DNA of 64,000 nucleotides from the NCBI GenBank assembly GCA_976551045.1, contig CDPCPM010000022.1:6386001-6450000 (forward strand), read 5' to 3'. Shown here piece by piece: positions 1 to 53,924 of the stretch. Position 1 is the stretch's first letter. Each line of letters begins with the position of its first letter. Origin of the DNA: Glaucostegus cemiculus (lineage: Eukaryota). The position numbers and the translations under genes are program-made. Under the pieces are notes generated by a model. That model ran no database searches and had not been told where the DNA came from. It saw only the letters and a program-made list of their open reading frames with translations.

Positions 1-257
1 TACAGACTCCCTGCTTGAACAGCAGGCGCCAAAGATCAAGATATTAAAGTTGGTCACTTAACATGAAAATATTTCTGTATGCTTGTGAATGAAATGCCTT
101 TTGATCAAATTAAGTTCCTTTCAATGGCATCTTTAAAATGAGTAAACAATGATTATATTATCTAATATAGATGATTAAAAGCTGGGAAATTTGTCAACAT
201 CCAAAGCAGCATAATCTGGTCTTCAAAACAGTATTTCCACCTTGCAGTAAGACTTAC

Positions 258-43431
<43,174 letters not shown>

Positions 43432-46339
43432 CTGAATAAAGCAAACAGAGAATATTTGTTGTAACAGTTAAAGAAGTTGCTGACATTTTGTTAATAATGT
43501 TAATAAAATTATCCATATATCAACAATTAAATGGCTCTCTCCACAGATTAACATTTCCATCAATTAGATTTATGTTGTCAGAGTTTATATTCATGTAAAG
43601 AAAAATATTTTGTAGATGTTTTGATAACTGTTCTTCTTCCAAAACTATTCACCTGTCTATTGTCATTATTTTTGACACACATTTTAGAGATATCCACTTT
43701 ATTAATGATTTAACAAACACCCACATAATATTTCACTTACTTTTTAAATCAGCTTTTGAAATGCTCTATATAAAACAACCTTTCATGAGCTAAACTGTCA
43801 TTGCATACAAGGAAACCAATACTCCAAATTTATATAATGTTTGAGGACTGACTTCCCAGAACAAAGATTGACATTGGAGCCTACTGCTTTAGGCAAACAA
43901 AAATCAACTATGAAGATATATTTTCTAAAATGTGACTGTCGAGGTTGAGCTGCTAGATTTACTAAGTTGTTAATAGCTGCTGAAGGTCACAGGTCCAATT
44001 TGCGTTTGGTCACATCAATGTAGTGCCCAAGGCTGCTGTTTTATCTGAAGTATCCTGAACTCTCTTAGGAGCCCAGTAAAAGAGCAAATGCTTTTGAAAT
44101 ATGCTGGTAATATTAATGGAAAGCAAAATGAATGTGATCTGTGCCCCATATTTTGGTGCAATTAACATTAATAAACTTATCTATAATTATTTTCTGGTTT
44201 GTGAAATAATTTAAATGGTCAACAAAAGAGTGTGGTTATACTGTGCAGTTAGTAATGTCCTTCTAAAGAGGAAATTGTATTGGGGTAGAGCTGCAGGGTG
44301 ATAATGAATATAGTCATCCGCTTTGGGTAAGGAAATTGAAGGGAGAATGGTATGGTATGCAATACTATTAAAACAATTAAAAGTGAATTAAACTGACTAT
44401 TTTTTTGCCATACAGTCTATTTTATCTTTGAGATTTAACTGGTAGATGCAGTGCATCTTTAATTTAAATACTTGGCAACCACAATCCAATTCAAAACAAA
44501 TCATTATAATATGTGTACTTAAAATGAAGAGTTACCCTACTAATTTATGAATATAAATTACACTAAGATAAATATACTTTGGAAGATCCTTTCCACATTT
44601 AACTCATCCGTCCACTCTCTATTTGTGACTTTTATATAAACAGTGTACTTTTAACACAGTAAATATTTATTGAATACAAAAATAAAGTCAAACTCAGATT
44701 TTGCTTCTGGTGTGGAAAAGCCCTACACTGACCAAGTACATTAAAAATAAAAGGGTTGTATGATGAATACTGAGAGGTAAAATATACTTGACACACGTGA
44801 AATCTGTCCACATTTTTGTCATATTAAATCATGAAATACAGATTAATGTATTTAAATCATGTATTTAAATAATGTATTAAATCATGAAAAGGCCAACTAT
44901 TTTCCTCTATATAGAAGCTTCACGGTTGTTCTAATATTATTCCGGCAAAGGTAAAATGTTCCATAATACGTCCCATTAAACAGCTGGGGAAGTCTGAAAT
45001 ATGTAGTTTTTCTGCAATATAGTATTTTAATTTTTTTTAATGGACATGGTAAGTGTTTCAGTGTTTGCTTCAACCAAATAAGAAAAATTAATGTAAAATG
45101 ATGAGTTGTAAAACTATGAAACTTAAAATTCAGCAGAATTCTGTACTTGGTATATTCTGAGAATAATAGTTCACACAATAATTTTTCCATCATCTGAAGA
45201 TAGTTTACCTCTGTAGGTTAAAAGTCACATTTTAATTCCTGGTTGAGACAGTTATTGGCTTTCTTATGCTTTCCATCTGTCACTCAAGGGCTTTGATATG
45301 TCAGTGGTTTCAACGGAAAAAAAATCTGGAGGTGTGTGAAGTGAGCTTCCGTTTTGCCACTACTTCTTAAGTGCTACTAGTACCCAAAACCAATTTCATA
45401 CCCATCTAGCAGCTGCAGATTAAAGTGTGTTATAAACTGGAAAAAGATCGCAGAGGAAAACAGATTCTCTCATGTTTGCACGAACAGAGTGCAGAATCCA
45501 CACACACATGGTCAGAATTTTTCAGATTCACCTCTTCAACACGTAACATAAATAGGGAATACAATAAATGAGAATTGATCGTAAATCTAAACCTTTTGTC
45601 TCATATTGAAATGATACCCATGGATAATCAAAACATGAATATTATGTTAAATATTTGTTATCAGTTCTGTCACACATCAGTTATTGGATAACTTAAGATA
45701 AATATTATGTGTTAGATATGGCATAATGTGTACCTATGTATTAATCTTTTTAATCTGGGGAAAAAGAATCAAAGCACTTCTGATCCAAAAATCTCTCTCC
45801 AGTCAGTCTAATCACAGATTACACAGACCTCCAGATCTAAACACAGGTCTGTTAAACACTAACAACACATATTCAGTGAACAGCTCCAGTCTCATGTTTC
45901 AGACATTGTAGCCAACTGTGGACATTGAGAAACGTCTGTCTTATCATCCCGGAGTTAAGTTTATGATTTTTTTGAATAATTGAAACAACTAACAATGATC
46001 ATATATTATCAAGATTTCTCATCTGATTAGTTTTACTTGAGGTTCAATGCAACTTTATTTTAGACAGAATCTGTATCGTGGCAAGCTGGTTGTGCACATG
46101 TCAGAATTTGAGTGCCCTTAATATTCCATCCAATTAATTTCAGCACAAAGTTTCTGGGGTTTTTAAACTGTGTTGTTAGGCTCACTCATGCTGTTTAAGT
46201 TAGCTCTACAAAGTTATAAAATTGTGTTCGGCTGCCTCCTGTAACTTCACTGCGTTTCAGAAACATTGAGCTCAAATCTTATTTCTCACAGCTGCCCACA
46301 TCTTGACACGCAGCTGAGAGCTCATCAGTCAGTCATTAA

Positions 46340-47120
46340 AAGCAGAAGCACACAACACCATCAGCACACTTCCAGCTGTTGGAATATGCTGCTTCTTTCA
46401 CTATGGTAGCACCAATGGCCTGACTGATGGCAAGAAGCACGTTCCCAATGTTCCTAGGTTTACTTGACAGGGACTTCAGGAGGCTCATGTCATCCATGGG
46501 AGGTATATCCTTTGTCTGGGGAAGGTGGGAAGAGGGGGGGGGGGGGGGGGGGTGCGGGAACACAGAGACCAGAGTTGCCAATGTTGTCTTTCAAAATTAA
46601 GGGCTTTTACTTCCATCCCTCCTCCCAGGGCAAGCGTTGAAAAAATAATTAGCAATGTTCCTGACCACAAAACTTCCAGGGCTATATCCTGGTGCTCCTG
46701 CCAGGACCTTGTCAGGGAGGTCCCTGTAAATCACTGAACACCTACACTTTTTGGAAGCCTCCACACCAGAGAAATGCCCATGGGTCTGTCCGCCTGCATT
46801 TGTGGGCTGATGGATGAAATCTGGCCGTATGTGGTAGAGAGAATCAATGACCATCCGGCTATGTCGTGTGGCTTGTACCTGCAGATACAGCCTGCGATGA
46901 TCCTGAGGCTAGAAAGGGTGATATGGAATTTGACTGTGATGGCAGTGCAGGCAGGTGTGAGCTTGGACTTCTGAGGTCACAGATCTGAGCCTTTCTGGAA
47001 GCAGAGCCTGTGTAGAGATTGTTCCTCTGAGAAGTATAGAATGGAGTGTGGCTCCAGGTGAGGCCTGGCTGGGTAAGGTGTTGGGTACTGTGGCCTTGTA
47101 TCCTTTCTGTTACATGGGTG
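46340..47120 (-). pseudogene. Decayed PIF/Harbinger (HARBI1-like) DDE transposase
   Basis: Collinear minus-strand remnants across frameshifts: LYFSEEQSLHRLCFQK; ALP/ITVKFHITL/FLASGSSQAVSAG; VIDSLYHIRPDFI; APGYSPGSFVVRN; PDKGY; WCCVLL. Confidence 0.65.
46534..46552 (+). repeat. G19 homopolymer
   Basis: 19 consecutive G inside the Harbinger relic. Confidence 0.9.
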
Positions 47121-47584
47121 CCTGGGAAGTGACTTTTGCACACTCAAATAATCAACAAGGAGGAGTGTAATTTTTAGGCTGAAGGCTATTGGAAGGCTGT
47201 TTGGCGGCAACAAAGTATCTGAGGATGCAAGGAAGGGTCAGCACTCAGCATGTGCAATGTGTGGAGCAAGTCGTGATTGTGGCATGTTGCAGTTCAACTA
47301 GAACTGCAGATTTAAAAAGTGTAAATACTGTTTTTTTTTCTGAACCTTCAGGCATAGTAGGAACTAGTTCCTCTGTAAGTGAACAGCCTCTCTTGTTTTT
47401 AGACCAAAGTGTTTGAAAATCTCACAGATGATGAATTTTGGGTCCTGTGCTGTTTTAGTTACCATTTGGATAAATTTAATGCCGGAAGAGTAGCACTTGC
47501 AGGATTTCACATACAAGTGAGGATACAATGTTCATAATTTATGCCAGAAAGACTGGAAACTCAATGTTTCTGATACTTTCTTAC

Positions 47585-47885
47585 AAAAATGGAAGGCTAT
47601 TCAGCCCATCAAATCTATGCCAGCCCTCAGAGAAATTCTATTCCTCCAACTATTTCACTGCAAGCTATTGTCTCTTCACCCCCCTGATTCTCCAACACTC
47701 ACCGACACTAAGGATAAGTTACATTATTCTACTAACCTTCCAATGAGCACACTGTGGGAGGGAACTAAAGCACCCAGTGGAAATCCATGAGGTCCCGGAA
47801 AGCATGTGCTATCTCCACACAGGTCAGGCTCAAACCCTGGATTTGTGAGAGGGACAGCACTAGCTTCTGTACCACTGTACTGGCC
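47585..47885 (-). mobile_element. Degraded V-SINE with CR1-type tail
   Basis: Plus strand ggctattcagcccatc (tail), tgtgggagggaactaaagcacccagtggaaatcca (V domain, reverse), ctcaaaccctgg (box B, reverse). Confidence 0.6.
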
Positions 47886-49559
47886 AAAACGTGCAAGATT
47901 GTTTCACTCTGTGTTAACCCAGTTTTGAATTTTGACTTTTGTTTTATTGAGACCCTCAGTGTAACAGAGTTTTCAAAAGGCAGCAGCTCCGTCAATGCCC
48001 AGCACCCTCAGCAATGTCCTGGAAAGTTGGTCTACAATACTAATTCAAAGCCTGCTGAGATTTGCTAGAATCTCTTTTCATTATCAGTTCAATTGTGCGA
48101 GCTCATGGTAAATTGTGTAAATTGTCCTCACCCCTGTTTCTGGGTGCGCAGTCCATCCCAGCTCGGCAGTCGCCCATCTTGAATCCATCAGGGTCTCTGT
48201 GGATCAGAATAAAGGCAAAATCACTATGTGGTGTTAAAAAAAAGCGACACAAATGCAAAGCAGTGTTCACAATAGCTTACACATTCACACAGAATCAAAA
48301 GGATGAAACGCAGCAAAATTGCATAATTGGCTCCTTGCACCCATTCTTTAGAAATATAACGGCTGCATGCTATCTGAGGTATGTTTGGTCTCCTTCCTTT
48401 ATAAACCCACTATGCTTTTCAATCACAGAGAAGGAACTGTGCAAAAGGTGCACTTACTCCTTTGGAAACAAATGTTTTGTGTTTCAGCCACAGAATTTTT
48501 TGATTTATGCCGAATACAACCCGGGGGTCTCGGCACATAAATCAGCACTTTAAAAGGCAAAGGTTAAGGAAACCAGAGGCACAAATTGCTTGGGAGGGAG
48601 GACAGGGTCAAAAGCATAGAGGGGTTTAAAATGGATCAGGGTAATTCACATTAAACATGCCCTACAGCGGAGAAGGACTGTTACAAATCAGTGAAACAGG
48701 GGGCCGTTTCTGTAGCCACATGTGATGAAAACAGCTGCTCACCAGCCTGACCATTATAAAGGGCTACCGCCAGATCAAACCTGCACAGAGGTGCACATTC
48801 TCCAATATAATCTTCCAAGCATAAATTGCCAGTATGTAGAGCAAATGAATGGAATAATGACTAATGAACAAAACGATAGAAATAAAGGCCATTTCATGGA
48901 ACACTGGACAATGGGAAGATCTTGGGTTGCCCCAAAATCACTACCCCTGTCCTCAGCCCATGCTGTGCGTTCCAGCACAGCCCCATCAATGTCTACAGCT
49001 CCCAGCTCTTCAGTGTGGTCCAGGGCAGTGGAAGGACTGTTTCAGTGCAGGTAGCAGGCTGCACTCACATAATGGCTTTGACAGCTGGTAAAGCCATGCC
49101 CCGAGATTTGGAAGCTGCCAAAACTCTCAGCGTAAGTGGGGGCCATTAAAATCGTTGTGAACATATTTGATATTCACAAATATTTAGCAATACTGAATTT
49201 TTTTTTGGAAGGGCTGAAAGTATTTATTTTAGCTGAAGTGCAAAAAAAGCACATCCACACACTAAAACGATCTAATCTAAAAGATAAAACCAGAACTACT
49301 TGCCTTTTGCTCGGGATCTGATGGCTCCCTTTATTTGAAAGGGGAGTGCGATACTCGTGCTGTTTTTAACCTAGCACAGGCTCTGAAAGCTGAGAGAATT
49401 GTGGACTCCATGAGTATCCACTGGAGCAAGAACAGCCAGTGGGGGCCAGATGAAAGTTATCACCACAGAGGATAAGTCAGCATCACCACTGGACATCAGG
49501 ACTATGCAGTATTAGCAATGGCATCGGGGGGAAGGTCTATCCAATTATTTCACAAAGCC

Positions 49560-50500
49560 CTTTATTGAAGCAGCTGTTATTTACTATGTTAATTTAATTG
49601 AATTTTGCCAAGAAGTTAAGGATACGATTTCAAAATTTGCTGATGGTAAAAAAATTGTGATTATCGGAAATAAGGTGCTATCTTTATTAGTCACACGTAC
49701 ATTGAAACACACAGTGAAATACATCTTTTGCATGGAGTGCTCTGGGGGCAGCCTGCAAGTGTCACCACGCTTCCGGTACTAACACTGTATGCCGTACGTC
49801 TTTGGAATGTGGGAGGAAACTGGAGCACCTGGTGGAAACCCACACAGACACATGGGGAGAATGTACAAACTCCTTACGGACAGCAGACGGAATTGAACCT
49901 GGGTCACTGGCACTGTGATAGGATTACACTAACTGCTACGCTACCATGCCTGCCATGTCAGTTTAGGACCACAGGGTGAACTATCAGGATGAACTGATAG
50001 GTAGCAAATGCATTTCAATTGGCAAAATACTTAATTATACCTTTGCAAAATGAGACTAGGAGGGAAGAAAGTCTTCCCTTGATTATAACATTTAAAATGA
50101 ATAAAGTTTAGTGCACAGAGGTGCCAACACAAATAAATAAGCGCATTAGAAGTCCCTTTTTTAAATATTTATTTATTTTTGTTATTTCTCGTGATTTTAT
50201 GTCTTTGCACTGCACTGGTGCCACAAAACAACAAATTCCTCCTCATATAAGTCAGTGATAATCAGGTTTTGAAGACTTTTGAAAATATCACTACTTGATC
50301 AAGCAGGTTACAATAAAAAGTAGCAATATGTGAAAGAGTTTAACATGACACTTATTTACATTTCAGTTGAAAATATTTGTCATCCTTTCCCTGATATGTC
50401 ACCAGGATTAGGGGTCACAATTACAAGAAAAAACTTGAGAACTTAGGATATATTGAGTGAAAATAAAATGTTTCAAAATATTGACCCAAAATGTACACAA
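49560..50500 (+). mobile_element. Very old CR1 RT fragment interrupted by a SINE
   Basis: QLLFTML...KDTISKFADGKKI before 49675; a WTDR*QMHFN-like remnant after 49960. Confidence 0.5.
49675..49954 (-). mobile_element. V-SINE with non-CR1 (Rex1/L2-type) 3' tail
   Basis: Head ggcaggcatggtagcgtagcagttagtgt, box B ggttcaattcc, V domain; tail tttcactgtgtgtttcaatgtacgtgtgactaataaag. Confidence 0.8.
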
Positions 50501-51489
50501 ATAAAAAGGCAATACCACATGGAACTTCCACTATCATCTCTATAACTGTGATGACGTTAGGTAGAACTATACAAGCATGTGCAAACACAAAAATTTAAAC
50601 TTCCTCACAACTGATCATCACTCTCATTCTATCTAGGTGCAGAGGCTGAACTACAAAAGGAGTACCATCAGCAAATTTTCAAACTTTTTCCTTAACTTCT
50701 TTTCAAAATTAGAGACAAACAGCAGCAGCTTTAACAAAGAGCTGTGTGAAATATTGGGAAATGTCAACTTCCTGCAGTTTCCCAACAGTTAGAGTGGGAA
50801 ATCTGCACTCTGAATCTGCACCAAGTTAGAAGTAGCACAATGCGGCAACTCCTTTCATTTCATTGGCAAGATTTTGGTTGTGAGAGAAAGAAGCATATTA
50901 TAGGTACTTGTATTTTTTTTTAACTTTCATCGTGTTAATTTAAATATATTTAATTGTTTTTAAAAGTTTTATAGAGTTATTAAGTGCTTTATTTCTACTA
51001 GTTCTTGAATATTGGTGAATATCAAAAAGATATATATGCATTCAAGCTGTTTGACAGCCCATACTGATAAGCTTCATCATCTGTCAAAGCATTTCTATGG
51101 GATTTATGATTGGAAAACCTTGTGATGCACTTGGTCATACTGATCAGATCAGGGACAACCTTGTTGAAGAAGTTCTTGCTCTTAATCCGCTTGGGATAAG
51201 AGGAGGCTCAGCAGGTAGACAAGTGGCAAGTGCACATAGTTTGCAATTACAAGGAAATCCAAGGCTATCAAAGAATTAACACTGAGACTCAACAAGAGAA
51301 GCGAGTTTGACATAAAAAAATGAGACACAGAGACCAGTTAGAACATAGAGCTTTTTGACACAACATTCAAAAGTTTCTAATAATGGAAATTAGCTTGTTA
51401 ATTGGAAGCAATAAGTCTTGTGTTTTACATTCTCAGGAAGCCCATGTGTAATTTATATCCAATGATATTTTTGAAGGTCATGGATCTGT

Positions 51490-51720
51490 ATGGATCAATG
51501 TAGCAGCCAACTTACACACAGATTTCACACACAAATAACTTGTTCAGCTGTTTTTGATGATGTTCATTAAGGGAGGAACATGGGCAGAATGCAAAGAAAA
51601 TGTCCTACTCTACCTTCAACTTTCAACACATTTGCATCCTCCTATGCATTTGAATGGGACATCAGTTTGACTCCATAACTAAAGATGAAACCTCTAATGA
51701 TAGCCTATTGGTCTAAATCC
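51490..51720 (-). mobile_element. DeuSINE-like relic
   Basis: tagcagccaacttacacacag...tttttgatgatgttcattaagggagg...ctactctaccttcaa...cagtttgactccataactaaagatg is collinear with the reverse complement of the recalled SacSINE1/Deu consensus. Confidence 0.5.
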
Positions 51721-53546
51721 TATGCTCAAAACTGGGTTTGAATCTTTGATTTTCTGACTTAGAGGTAAGAGCATAACAATTGAATTGAGTTGAAAATGAA
51801 ATATTGAAGGGTGTGAGGAATGAGTAGGTGACTCATGGATAAGAAATACCAGAATAAATGGCTCAAGTGCTCTTTTCTCCTGTTTTACAACACTGAATAA
51901 CTCAGTGATGTCCAGGCACAATGTTCATATCTCCAAATATTTTCAATTTTGATTTAAGATATGCATGGAGATATATAGTGAAATGAATCATGAAAATAAA
52001 TCATTTCAACAAACTATTTTAGAAGATACTAAGTCAGAAATGCAGCGCACTCAAGTTATAAATAAAAGCTCCAGCTCTGAGAGGAGGCACACCTTCATTA
52101 TAGAATTAAACATTTTCTTTTCTGATGCTTTTTTTTAGACAAAACAAAATTTACTGAACAGCCCCAAGATGTGAGACAGGTTAAGGTGACAATTATGTCA
52201 ATATTTTTGAGCTGAATACTAAGGAACAGAAATGGCAGAGTTCAAATATTAACAAATGCCTTGTCTAATTAATTATGGATGGTAACCCATGAAAAGCTCT
52301 TGCCAAATTTGTTTGTTGCCTAAACAAATCAATTAGTGCCATAATGAGATGTAAATCGACAGGAGCTCCTGGTCAGTGGGATCAAGTGATATGCTAGTAT
52401 AAGCAAATTTGAGTAGATCAGACTGCTGCTGCCTTGTTTGCTCAGCATTTGCGCCAACAATGCAGATAATACAAAGCATAGATGATGGAAGAGAAATGAC
52501 TTTGCTTTGTTCTAGTGAATTTAAAGTACAAAATGGAATTTTCAGGAAAAATAATATTGTCATTAAAGTGTTACGGCATCTGCATTTTTCAAAGCTTGTA
52601 AACATCAGGCTGTTTCTGTGGGAGTGCATAATGTGTTGTTTAGTACAAAGCATGATATTCCTAACAAAGGAATCTCCTGCAGGCTTTTTTTTGATGTTCT
52701 GAAATTTGCTTTTGATTTCATTCCCCCTCATGGAAGCAAATGAGGGGGAATCAAACCAATTAGCAGCAGTGCTCTTAAAACATGCAATGCTAAGCTGTGA
52801 GAGAGCAAAAGGTCAGCTGTACTATATTCTCAATAACTTAAGCAATTATTGAAATAAAATGCAAACATTCATCATGTTCAGACATTCAGGTATAAAAAAA
52901 TGTATTAAATAATTTGCCTCTGTTGGCTTTCACATTGCAGTAACCAAAATGTTATTGCTACAGCACACTTCCCAATTTAAAATTTATTCCAAAGCATATC
53001 CATTCCACTGCCTCAGCCCGTTTACACATCGCCCCGTTCCACAAATCACATGCAAAGCATTAAACATATGATCAAATCTAATACTAGTAACCCATGCAGA
53101 TTCTTTTAGCCACCATCTTCTTCAGATACTTATATCAAATTGATCTCCAGAGTTTAAAGATGCATGCCTGACAATTTGTTCAGTTTGAATCAATAGCCCT
53201 CACCCTCAAGGGAAGTGGCTGCTGCACAGTTCACAATTCAACACCATTTACGTCTTGAAATATTGAACTGGAATGTTAGCTGAATTGAATTTAAAGTGAT
53301 CAATTTTTATTTTTATTCTAGAAAAGTCCAACTTGTCAATCACAAAGCCATCAGACTATATTGGAGGATCAGAACAAATATCAATTATTTTAAAAATGAA
53401 TAAAGGTCACAGCTGCAAGAATTCCTTGAGGCCTTCTCTGCATACTATGAAATCTAAGCAACCAATGAGGATGTTTTTTTCACCAAAAAGGAATATGTTG
53501 TATCAAATTATCTTAAACACTTCCTGAACTAATGAAAGCATTTTTT

Positions 53547-53797
53547 AACATTTTTAAATTTTATTTACAGCATGGTAACAGGCCCTTTCGGCCCAACGAT
53601 TCCGCGCCGCCCATTTTAAACGCCCAAATTAACCTACCCGTACGTCTTTAAATTGTGGGAGGAAATGGGAGCACCCGGAGGAAACCCACGCAGACACGGG
53701 AGAATGTACAAACTCCTTACAGTCGGCGACGGGAATCGAACCCCGATCGCTGGCGCTGTAACAGCGTCGCACTAACCGCTACGCTATCGTGCCGCCC
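53547..53797 (-). mobile_element. Young CpG-rich V-SINE with TSD
   Basis: Box A TAGCGTAGCGG, box B GGTTCGATTCC, V domain ggagtttgtacattctcccgtgtctgcgtgggtttcctccgg, CR1-like tail gggccgaaagggcctgttaccatgctgtaaataaa; ATTTTTT at 53540-53546 and 53798-53804. Confidence 0.9.
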
Positions 53798-53924
53798 ATT
53801 TTTTTCAGTTAATCACACTTTTGGATAACCTTCAGTAATGGAATTCATCACAACTAGAAGCTGCAGCTTTTGGAATAAATTTAACTTGAAAAGTCAGTGA
53901 GAACCATCTAAATAAGACTCCAAT

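Noticed and set aside
48062-48553. 163-aa plus-strand ORF, and other ORFs over 100 aa such as 52333-52731, 34020-34442, 10926-11249 and 14787-15128
   Set aside because: No recognisable domain, mostly non-ATG starts, low-complexity or antisense-to-TE composition; consistent with chance intronic ORFs
53720-53797. tRNA-like sequence with boxes A and B
   Set aside because: It is the head of a V-SINE running directly into the V domain, not a tRNA gene
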